A stretch of DNA of 32,000 nt, from assembly GCF_001564455.1 (NCBI RefSeq), contig NZ_CP011391.1, positions 2,010,001 to 2,042,000 of the forward strand, in the 5' to 3' direction. The notes below the pieces were generated by a model. The model made no database searches, had not been told where the DNA came from, and saw nothing but the letters and a program-made list of their open reading frames with translations. The position numbers were made by a program, and so were the translations under genes. Shown piece after piece: positions 17,777 through 25,188 of this stretch. This stretch comes from Faecalibaculum rodentium (GTDB lineage: Bacteria; Bacillota_I; Bacilli_A; Erysipelotrichales; Erysipelotrichaceae). Each line of letters begins with the position of its first letter. Position 1 is the first letter of the stretch.

Positions 17777-19038
17777 CGCGCATTCTCATGGACATATCTC
17801 CCAAAATCCCGCGCAAGCGGCTCCAGAAAATGCTCCGGGACTCCGGCTATACCCGCGTGGGGCAGGATGAACCCTATGACCTCTTCATTTCCACCCATGC
17901 CGCGACCGACCAGTCCCCGCTGCGGCTGCGGCGGGATGAAGCCGTGAAGCAGGGAGCCGATATTCCGGTCATGGACGAATATGAACTCTATGCCCGGCTC
18001 TGGAAACCCGACTGCCTGGCCAATGTCCTGGAAGAACGCCTGGATGGGTCCCTGCGGGGACGGAAGATCTTCCTCGTGGGAGACTTCTCCGACCAGGAAA
18101 AAGTCGCGGTGGAAGAAGACGCCCGGAAGCACCGGGCCTTTGTCACCACGCACCCCACCAAAGCCACGCTGTTCGTACTCGGTCACCGGGCAAGCACCGC
18201 CGACCCGGCACACTTCCGGCAGATGCTCGAAGAAAAAGCCCGGCGTCCCTACGTGAAGATCACCGGCCGGGCCGCGCTCATGGAAAAAGCCCAGGCTTCG
18301 CCACTCCAGAAAAAGAAACGGAAGGGACCCGATATGCGCCGGCTTTACCACGGACGCCCCAATCCCGATGCCTTTCCCGACCGGTACATCGCCCTGGACC
18401 TGGAGGCCACCAGCACACACCCCAATAACAAGATCATCGAAATCGGCATGGTGCGGTATGTGAACGGCGAACCCCGGGAAACCTTCCAGAGCTTCGTGAA
18501 TCCCCACCAGAAACTGCTGCCGGTGATCGTTGACCTCACCCACATCACAGATGACCAGCTCCAGGATGCCCCCGATATCCAGGCCCTCACCAGGCCGATC
18601 CTCCGGTTTCTCCAGGACGATCCGGTGATCGGCCACTCCGTCCAGAACGACATGAAGCTTTTGGCCGAAAACCTGAACCTGCCCCTGGACAACAACTACA
18701 TCGACACCTGCAAACTCGCCATGACCCATCTCCCGGACCGCGAGAAATACAGCCTGCGCGTGCTCGCCGACGACTACGGACTCACGCAATCCACCCACCG
18801 CGCCCTGGATGACGCCATCACGAGCATGGAGCTGCTGGAGAAATTCCGCGAGCTGTTCGATACCCGGGTGACAGACCCGACGACCCGGACAGCCTTGCCT
18901 GCCGATGATGGACACAAAGTCGATGATGGCACGGCCCAGTCACAGCCGGACACAAAAGATGCCGCGGGTAATGAAAACCGGCAGGCAGAACCGGGGAACG
19001 AAGAATCAGCAGTGAATGAAAGCCAGTGCGCAGGATAG
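17773..19038 (+). CDS. DEDDh 3'-5' exonuclease (DnaQ/PolIII-epsilon-like) with N-terminal BRCT-like region, 421 aa
   Basis: The C-terminal half has Exo I IALDLEATS, Exo II GHSVQNDMKLL and Exo III HRALDDA. The middle segment LRGRKIFLVGDFS...ATLFVLG looks BRCT-like. ATG 17773 overlaps the EamA stop (ATGA), with AGGAG upstream. The long tracked ORF from 17089 is an out-of-frame overlap artefact. Confidence 0.8.
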   Translation: MTRILMDISPKIPRKRLQKMLRDSGYTRVGQDEPYDLFISTHAATDQSPLRLRRDEAVKQGADIPVMDEYELYARLWKPDCLANVLEERLDGSLRGRKIFLVGDFSDQEKVAVEEDARKHRAFVTTHPTKATLFVLGHRASTADPAHFRQMLEEKARRPYVKITGRAALMEKAQASPLQKKKRKGPDMRRLYHGRPNPDAFPDRYIALDLEATSTHPNNKIIEIGMVRYVNGEPRETFQSFVNPHQKLLPVIVDLTHITDDQLQDAPDIQALTRPILRFLQDDPVIGHSVQNDMKLLAENLNLPLDNNYIDTCKLAMTHLPDREKYSLRVLADDYGLTQSTHRALDDAITSMELLEKFRELFDTRVTDPTTRTALPADDGHKVDDGTAQSQPDTKDAAGNENRQAEPGNEESAVNESQCAG

Positions 19039-19074
19039 GGCAGACATCATACGCTGACCCGCCCCCACAGCCCC

Positions 19075-19101
19075 AGGAAGGATACCCACCCTTCCTTTTT
19101 T
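19075..19101 (+). terminator. Intrinsic terminator after exonuclease gene
   Basis: AGGAAGG/CCTTCCT 7-bp stem, 8-nt loop, T6 run. Confidence 0.6.
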
Positions 19102-19373
19102 CTTTGCCTTCGGGCTCTCCGGAGCCGGTCCTGAAATCTGTACCGCGTCTCTTTGGCCTTCTTTGCACACAATTGTCACATCCCCGTTTCACAATGTTAT
19201 GCGTCATTTGTAATGTTTACCGGCGTTAAGTTCGCATTCATTGCGTATAGAGACACTCATCACAGCATACACCTTTCGCTTTCGGGAATTGAAACCGCTC
19301 TCTTCTGTCCCCTGACCATCCAACCCGCTCAGCCCTGTGCAAGTTGTTCGTCATTGCGGTTTTTTTCTGTGAT

Positions 19374-19401
19374 AATGCTCCTGAATTACAGGAGGAGCAT
19401 T
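19374..19401 (+). promoter_or_regulatory. RBS-sequestering hairpin in antiporter leader
   Basis: AATGCTCCT (19374-19382) is perfectly complementary to AGGAGCATT (19393-19401). The latter contains the Shine-Dalgarno sequence 3 nt before ATG 19404. The loop is 10 nt. Confidence 0.45.
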
Positions 19402-19403
19402 CC

Positions 19404-20675
19404 ATGGAGAGTTATCGTTACCTTCTTGACATTGCACTGATCCTGCTGGGCACCAAGCTTTTTGGCATTTTCTCCAAAAAACTCCGGATGCCCGCGGTCG
19501 TCGGCGCCCTGGTGGCCGGCATCGTTCTGGGACCCGCAATGCTGAACCTGGTGGAACCCAACACCATCATCACAGCTTTATCTGAACTGGGCGTCATCGT
19601 TATCATGTTCTCCGCCGGTCTGGAAACCAGCATCACCGACCTGCGCCGTGCAGGCTTCAAGGCCTTCATCATTGCGCTCCTTGGCGTCATTGTTCCCCTG
19701 ATCGTCGGCTACATCATCGGCATGTTCTACAACACCGGCCCTGAAGCCTGGCTTGAGAACCTCTTCATCGGTGTCATCTTCACCGCCACTTCCGTGGGCA
19801 TCACCGTGGAGACCCTGAAGGAGATGCACTGCATGGCTACAGAATCAGGCAACACGATCCTCGCTGCGGCTGTCATTGACGATGTTCTCGGCATCATCTG
19901 CCTCACGCTCGTAACCGGCATGGCGGATTCTTCCGTCAACATTGGTGTGGTCATGCTCAAGATCCTCGGCTTCCTGGTGTTCGCCGTTGTCGTGGGTCTC
20001 GTCATGCACCGGTTCTTCGCCTGGTGGTTCGCCCATGACAACAACAACGGCCTCCAGCGCTACTCCATTGTCTCCTTCGCCTTCGCCCTCATCATGGCCT
20101 GGGCCTCCGAGGAGTTCTTCGGCGTGGCGGACATCACCGGTGCCTTCGTGGCCGGTCTGATCATCTCCGGCACCCGACAGTGCAGCTACGTCACCCGACG
20201 CATCAACACCATGAGCTACATGCTCATTTCCCCGATCTTCTTCGCGAGCATCGGCCTGAAACTCGAGCCCTTCCAGTTTTCCTGGGGACTCATCGAGCTC
20301 ATCGTCGTTCTCTGCATCGGCGCGGTCCTCACGAAAATCATCGGCTGCGGCGGCGGCGCCCTGCTCTGCAAATACAACCCCACGCAGTCCCTGCGCATTG
20401 GGTGCGGCATGATTTCCCGTGGGGAGGTCGCGCTGATTGTCGCCAACAAGGGCATGGCCCTGGGCCTTTTATCGGAGTTCTTCGTGACCCCGATCCTGCT
20501 CTGTGTGGTATTCACGACTGTCATCACGCCTGTCTTCCTGAAACTGGTGTACAAGCATGACGACAACGACCCGGATTTCCTGACACGCAAGGAAGCCCAT
20601 GAGCAGAAGCTGCGCATCAAGGAGGTCATGGAGAACCCCATGACCGACCAGGATGCCCCCGCGACCAACGTGTAA
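19404..20675 (+). CDS. Cation:proton antiporter (Na+/H+ exchanger family, CPA-type), 423 aa
   Basis: A protein of about 12 TM segments. N-terminus LLDIALILLGTKLFGIFSKKLRMPAVVGALVAGIVLGP and the later motif GAFVAGL are characteristic of the Na_H_exchanger fold. ATG 19404 has AGGAGGAG upstream. Confidence 0.88.
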   Translation: MESYRYLLDIALILLGTKLFGIFSKKLRMPAVVGALVAGIVLGPAMLNLVEPNTIITALSELGVIVIMFSAGLETSITDLRRAGFKAFIIALLGVIVPLIVGYIIGMFYNTGPEAWLENLFIGVIFTATSVGITVETLKEMHCMATESGNTILAAAVIDDVLGIICLTLVTGMADSSVNIGVVMLKILGFLVFAVVVGLVMHRFFAWWFAHDNNNGLQRYSIVSFAFALIMAWASEEFFGVADITGAFVAGLIISGTRQCSYVTRRINTMSYMLISPIFFASIGLKLEPFQFSWGLIELIVVLCIGAVLTKIIGCGGGALLCKYNPTQSLRIGCGMISRGEVALIVANKGMALGLLSEFFVTPILLCVVFTTVITPVFLKLVYKHDDNDPDFLTRKEAHEQKLRIKEVMENPMTDQDAPATNV

Positions 20676-20691
20676 ATTCAACGAAATCAGA

Positions 20692-20722
20692 CTGTCCCCG
20701 TTTCCTTCGGGGGCAGTTTTTT
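20692..20722 (+). terminator. Intrinsic terminator after antiporter gene
   Basis: CTGTCCCCG/CGGGGGCAG 9-bp stem (one G-U pair), 7-nt loop, T6. Confidence 0.8.
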
Positions 20723-20806
20723 GTTGAGGCCGATGCTGGCAGACAAGGGGGCAGAATTGAGTCTACAGTCCGTTCGGGTTGGAAAAGCTCTGTTTGATAA
20801 CCCATT

Positions 20807-20815
20807 TGGTATAAT
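20807..20815 (+). promoter_or_regulatory. Extended -10 (TGgTATAAT) abutting the fic start codon
   Basis: tggtataat at 20807-20815. Only 6 nt (gacgcc, no SD) separate it from ATG 20822. Confidence 0.4.
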
Positions 20816-20821
20816 GACGCC

Positions 20822-21574
20822 ATGAACCCGATTACACTGAAATCAGAACTGCTGCGGCAAATGGACGCACACGAGAAAGGAAATATCTATCATTGGACTC
20901 AGACAAATTTTGCATACAATTCCAATCGAATAGAGGGCAGTCAGATCAGTCCTGACCAGACAGAAATGATATTTGAGGATCAGACGTTTCTTCCGGAACA
21001 GAATACGCCCATCCGTCTGGACGACCTGGTGGAAGTCCGCAACCACTTCCGGCTCTTTGACTATATGCTGCAGACATTGGAGCACCCTCTGTCTGTTGGG
21101 CTGATTCTGGAAATGCAGCGTCTGCTGAAGCGGGGCACATCGGATGAAACCAGGCCCTGGATGAATGTGGGCGGTTTTACAACAATCGGGAACCAGATCG
21201 GGATGATCAACCCGGTGAAGACCACGCCACCAGCCAGAGTGGAGGCTGAGCTGACGGAACTGGTGAATGAATGTACTTCAAAGAGTTCCCGCACATTCCA
21301 GGACCTGATCGACTTTCATGTCCGCTTTGAGCGTATTCATCCCTTCAGCGACGGCAATGGCAGGATCGGCCGGATGATCCTGTTCCGCGAATGTCTTGTC
21401 AATGGTCTGTGGCCGTTCATCATCCTGGACCGGAACCGGGCTTTCTACATCCGGGGTCTGCGGGAGTATGACAGCGAACCGGGCTATCTCACAGACACCT
21501 GTCTGCATACCCAGGATCAGTACAGGGCTGTCGCAGAACAGTTCCTGACAGAACTGTCCTCTGATTCCGAATGA
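20822..21574 (+). CDS. Fic family protein (putative AMPylase) with N-terminal inhibitory motif, 250 aa
   Basis: Canonical Fic motif HPFSDGNGRIGR. The N-terminal SNRIEG fits the (S/T)xxxE(G/N) auto-inhibition helix. Confidence 0.9.
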   Translation: MNPITLKSELLRQMDAHEKGNIYHWTQTNFAYNSNRIEGSQISPDQTEMIFEDQTFLPEQNTPIRLDDLVEVRNHFRLFDYMLQTLEHPLSVGLILEMQRLLKRGTSDETRPWMNVGGFTTIGNQIGMINPVKTTPPARVEAELTELVNECTSKSSRTFQDLIDFHVRFERIHPFSDGNGRIGRMILFRECLVNGLWPFIILDRNRAFYIRGLREYDSEPGYLTDTCLHTQDQYRAVAEQFLTELSSDSE

Positions 21575-21643
21575 TAAACAAAATGGTCAAACTCAGAGGG
21601 AACCCCATTCCACATTTCCCGAAAAGCAAATCTGATTCTGCTT

Positions 21644-21673
21644 AAAAAAACTGTCATGACCGACAGTTTTTTT
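21644..21673. terminator. Bidirectional terminator between fic and the MerR-family gene
   Basis: A7-CTGTC-atgacc-GACAG-T7. The A/T runs can extend the stem. Confidence 0.65.
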
Positions 21674-21689
21674 CAGTAATTGGCTGTCT

Positions 21690-22481
21690 TCAGCCCTGCT
21701 TTTTTTCCACCGGGAAATAGATATCCGTTTCCCAGGTTGCCGGATTCGGGTTTTCATACCCTGTCTTCACATACAGCTCATAAGGAGCTCCTGTTGTCTG
21801 GTATCCGTTTTCCTCGATCCATTTCACCAGCCTGGCATAGGATTCATCCAGCGTCGAGTAACCGCCATTGTGTGTCAGTTTCGCACATGTCATTCCCCCG
21901 ACCGAAGCATTCGCTCCTTCCTTTGTAGCCAGCGGAATGAAGACTTCGATGTCCGAATCCTCACGATCGAACTCCTCGTCATAGTATCTGGCGCCTGTGG
22001 GGCCCGCTGGCTGCAGGTGATCCTTTGCGACCTGTTCAAAAATCGTGCCGAAGGCAGTACCGAAATCCTTCACTGCCCTGTGTTGCCGGAGTCCATAGAC
22101 CGGCATTTCTGATGTTTCCACAATTCTGATTTCTTCTGACATTTTGTTTTTCTCCGTTTCTTTCTTCAGGAATTTCCCCATTTCCGCCGATATCTGCTGG
22201 AGTTCCAGGATCCGGGCCTCCAGCTCTGCCCTCTTTCTGGACAGAGAGGCCCTAACCCGGTCTTCATCTGCTTCCAGCAGACTGGTGATTTCCTCCAGGG
22301 AAAACCCGAATCGTTTGTATCGCTTGATGAGAATCACCCGGTCGATCTGGTCCAGTGAATAGTACCGGAATCCGGTTTTCTCATCGATGTGCAGGGGCTT
22401 CAGCAGCCCCATCTGGTCATACCAGCGCAGTGTCTTCACACTCAGCTGGCAGGCCTGTGACATTTTTCCGATCGTGATCAT
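21690..22481 (-). CDS. MerR family transcriptional regulator with GyrI-like effector-binding domain, 263 aa
   Basis: N-terminal MITIGKMSQACQLSVKTLRWYDQMGLLKP (MerR HTH), a coiled-coil linker, and a C-terminal ~150 aa with GyrI-like/AraC-E-bind features (ending TDIYFPVEK). ATG 22481 was preferred over the upstream TTG of the tracked ORF. Confidence 0.88.
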   Translation of the reverse strand: MITIGKMSQACQLSVKTLRWYDQMGLLKPLHIDEKTGFRYYSLDQIDRVILIKRYKRFGFSLEEITSLLEADEDRVRASLSRKRAELEARILELQQISAEMGKFLKKETEKNKMSEEIRIVETSEMPVYGLRQHRAVKDFGTAFGTIFEQVAKDHLQPAGPTGARYYDEEFDREDSDIEVFIPLATKEGANASVGGMTCAKLTHNGGYSTLDESYARLVKWIEENGYQTTGAPYELYVKTGYENPNPATWETDIYFPVEKKQG

Positions 22482-22507
22482 GCATAACCTCTTGCTCAAG
22501 CAGGTTC

Positions 22508-22538
22508 ATCATAGCGGCTCCCGTTACGGGAGAGGCAA
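22508..22538 (-). promoter_or_regulatory. MerR-type promoter: -35 TTGCCT, 19-bp spacer with dyad operator, -10 TATGAT
   Basis: The minus strand reads TTGCCT-CTCCCGTAACGGGAGCCGC-TATGAT. The spacer is 19 nt and contains the perfect palindrome CTCCCG-N3-CGGGAG (22518-22532). The -10 lies 27 nt before ATG 22481. Confidence 0.6.
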
Positions 22539-22548
22539 CCCAATTAAG

Positions 22549-22571
22549 AAAAAAACCGGAAACAAATCCGG
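22549..22571 (-). terminator. Weak terminator after the coiled-coil gene pair
   Basis: On the minus strand, a CCGGA/TCCGG 5-bp stem with a 6-nt loop is followed by U7. Confidence 0.45.
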
Positions 22572-22653
22572 AGTCCTGGTTTCATCAGGTTTCTCTCAGC
22601 CGCCGCTGTCCGAAGAAGAGAAGAATCTGAACCTCAGATTATCCCTGCAGTTT

Positions 22654-23076
22654 TCAGATCAAAGAAGAATAGATATACGATGAGGCAAGAAATTCCTTTA
22701 TATACTTTTGCAATGCCACATCCTCTTTCTCCAGTCTTTCCCACTCGGATGCCAAATCATCCAGCTCAGCCACAATCTCCTGACGTTGCTCCTCACTACC
22801 CTCAAACACGGGATCAGGACCTTCCAAGTCTGTAAAAAGGCCACTCATTCTGGCTTTAACATTTTCTGACCTTCTTTTATATTCTGCCAGTCCTGCATCA
22901 ATGTCTGCCCTCCTGGCCTTAACGTATTCCAGTGCGGATTCCATTCTTTTATTCTCTTTCCGCATGGCTTCCAGCTCCGCCTTCAGCCGGTTAAACTCCT
23001 CTATCCTGCTTTTATGAAGCCGGCGAAACTCCGTTTCTCCACTTTCATCCTGTATCTGTTCTGTTTTGGCAGTCAC
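22654..23076 (-). CDS. Hypothetical coiled-coil protein, 140 aa
   Basis: GTG start. Heptad-rich, charged sequence (RLKAELEAMRKENKRMESALEYVKARR...). No enzymatic motif. Confidence 0.5.
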   Translation of the reverse strand: MTAKTEQIQDESGETEFRRLHKSRIEEFNRLKAELEAMRKENKRMESALEYVKARRADIDAGLAEYKRRSENVKARMSGLFTDLEGPDPVFEGSEEQRQEIVAELDDLASEWERLEKEDVALQKYIKEFLASSYIYSSLI

Positions 23077-23126
23077 AACACCAGCCCCCCCTGTCCCTTT
23101 ACATTTGACTATGGCTGCAAACCCTG

Positions 23127-23621
23127 TCAGTCATGAGTCTTATCTAAATAATCCGGAAGAACCGGAGCATTTTCCGCTACAGACAAATTCGAATTCTGCC
23201 CCGCCTTTTCTGCCAGCGCCTTCAGCATTTCGTTCTCTTTCCGGATTCGTTCCATTTCGTATTCCATATCTCTGAGTTTTGCATCCCTATCCTTCAGTTT
23301 TGCATCCCTGTCACTGATCTTTGCATGCATCTCTGCCTTCATACGGTCATACTTTTCCTTCTCGCTCCGGTGGAACCATTTGAACTGATCTTCGCTGTAT
23401 TCATTCAACACTTTTTCCGCTTTCACCGTCATTGGAATTCCCTCCTCCAGATAGGCCAACTGCTTTTCTTTATCATCATCACATCGGAAGATGTGACCCA
23501 GACACTGAATCGCTTTTTCCTCATGATCCATCCAGTCTGGTCCCAGTCCAACCACATGAAACTGGATATATCCATCCAGAGCGTAGCTAATAATTGGAAA
23601 ATCTGGAATTGAGACATCCAT
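23127..23621 (-). CDS. Hypothetical protein with C-terminal coiled coil, 164 aa
   Basis: ORF 23127..23741 trimmed to ATG 23621 (MDVSIPDFP...). The C-terminal half is coiled-coil with a DRDAKLKDRDAKLRD repeat and ERIRKENEMLKAL. Confidence 0.5.
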   Translation of the reverse strand: MDVSIPDFPIISYALDGYIQFHVVGLGPDWMDHEEKAIQCLGHIFRCDDDKEKQLAYLEEGIPMTVKAEKVLNEYSEDQFKWFHRSEKEKYDRMKAEMHAKISDRDAKLKDRDAKLRDMEYEMERIRKENEMLKALAEKAGQNSNLSVAENAPVLPDYLDKTHD

Positions 23622-23715
23622 ACCGCCTTGGCGGCCCGGCATCCTACGCCTGATGCCAGTTCTGTTCCGGGGCCTGCACCTTGATGCATTGAGCCGGACA
23701 GCTGTTTTTGAATCT

Positions 23716-23778
23716 CCTCCTGCAGGGCCTGAAAGAAACATCCTCTGGCGTTTCTTCCCTCCCTGCAGGAGGTTTTTT
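23716..23778. other. Long near-perfect hairpin with flanking A6/T6, 5 nt beyond the TnpB-like stop codon
   Basis: 12-bp perfect arms CCTCCTGCAGGG (23716-23727) / CCCTGCAGGAGG (23761-23772). An inner 7-8 bp stem (AAGAAAC/GTTTCTT) is separated from them by a small internal loop. T6 at 23773-23778 on + corresponds to A6 preceding the hairpin on the minus strand. Confidence 0.6.
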
Positions 23779-23783
23779 CTATC

Positions 23784-24727
23784 TTAAAAGAGACCAAGAC
23801 CTCTTCTAGCGATTATGCAGGCTGCACCAAGATGAACATTGATGCCGTGTTCTCTGCATACTGTCTCTTCTGCTTTCTTTGAGGTATAAGCCGGATCTAC
23901 GATCTTCAGATCCACATTGTCTTTGAAGCATCTTCTCTTTACTGCCTGCGTGTATTGGCTATAGGCAAGCTGAGAAATCATTCGGTTGTAATACTTGTTC
24001 TTCTGAAGGTCTGACTTCTTAGCAGAGAAGTCAAGATCTTCTATGATGAGATCCTTTCCTTTGGAACGGGCTTCGGCTGTGATTTTCTTTATAGCCGTTC
24101 TCATCTGATCGATCCCCTGATCATAGTTGTGATTCTTTCTGCCGAGGCCAGGAAAACCAATCCTTCTGGCATAAATGATGTTTCCTTTTCTGTCCGTCTC
24201 GCAAAGAGCGATATGGTCAGCGTTGAAATCAAGACCGATCACTCCTTCAAAAGAGGACGTGTTCCATCCATCCTGCTTTGGCAGATACAGGAAGAACTGA
24301 ACGTAATACCCTTTCTTCCTTCTCAGGATCCGGACACTGATGGCCTGCTTCATCGGCTGATCGGCTTCATAGCCGTCAAATACCTGGCTTAGCAGTTCCA
24401 GCCCCGGAGTATGAGTGATATTTACCGGTCCGGTAATGATCCTGTCCTGTCCTTTTTCAGACTTCAGTACAGGCAGGACGCCGATCTGCCAGGAACCGTC
24501 TTCCATACGGATCAGATGGCAGAGCTGGTTTCCGTTTTTCTCATCGTTCTTGCCGCACAGATACATCATCCGATTCCGGTTTCTAATGAACATCTCTTTC
24601 CATTCCTCATGACTGGAAAGGTTGTTCTCTTCCAGATGATACTGAGCTTTGAAAAGCTTCTTTGTGCCAAAACAGAGACGAACATGCCGGTTCTCAATAT
24701 CTTTCTTCCACCGTTTCAGCTTTGCCT
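23784..24727 (-). pseudogene. tnpB: TnpB-like (IS607-associated OrfB) gene, C-terminal part, split by IS3 copy 1
   Basis: RuvC-I VIGLDFNADHIA, RuvC-II DLIIEDLDF, VDPAYTSKK, and C-terminal HLGAACIIARRG. The frame stays open upstream of the tracked Met, up to the IS junction at 24727. Confidence 0.75.
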
Positions 24728-24823
24728 TGACCTTAGAATAATTTACGGACAGTCCATTTAGAGATTCTAAGAATACCGGTATCTATGTCATAGAACTACA
24801 ATCACTATGAAAGAGGAAAATCT

Positions 24824-25123
24824 ATGGCAAAGAAACGTAAAACATTTACAGATGAATTCAAGCAGGATGCGGTTCAATTTTTGACTAACCATCCAGAAAT
24901 GACCGTTATAGAATGTGCTGAAACACTTGGTGTAGGCCGCAGCACCCTGGAAAGATGGAGGGCAGATTTCAACCGATCCGGTCTTTCAGCTGTGACAGCT
25001 CATAATAATGACAAGGAAGAAAAAGACCTTCTCAAAGAAAATGTCAGGCTTCAACGAGAACTCAGGGACTCACAGGAGGCTTTGAAGATTCTAAAAAAAG
25101 CCATAAGCATTCTGGGAAACTGA
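24824..25123 (+). CDS. IS3-family transposase OrfA (HTH + leucine-zipper), 99 aa
   Basis: KRKTFTDEFKQDAVQ...GVGRSTLERW (HTH), then a heptad Leu region. RBS GAGGAAAA. Confidence 0.85.
   Translation: MAKKRKTFTDEFKQDAVQFLTNHPEMTVIECAETLGVGRSTLERWRADFNRSGLSAVTAHNNDKEEKDLLKENVRLQRELRDSQEALKILKKAISILGN
25093..25099 (+). promoter_or_regulatory. A7 slippery site for programmed -1 frameshift (OrfAB fusion)
   Basis: cta-aaa-aaa-gcc in the orfA frame. The -1 frame is open from 25012 and runs into orfB. Equivalent sites lie at 27620-27626 and 30687-30693. Confidence 0.7.
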
Positions 25124-25188
25124 AGCAGGTCGAATACGAACTTGTTGCCGAGGATCATAAAGCTGGAATCCAATTCTCGGTATCCAGG

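Noticed and set aside
17641-18915. 424-aa minus-strand ORF
   Set aside because: It is antisense to the DEDDh exonuclease gene. No motifs.
19344-19403. Upstream extension of the antiporter ORF (tracked start 19344)
   Set aside because: The extension has no RBS and overlaps the leader hairpin. ATG 19404 has a strong AGGAGGAG, and the conserved N-terminal TM segment starts there.
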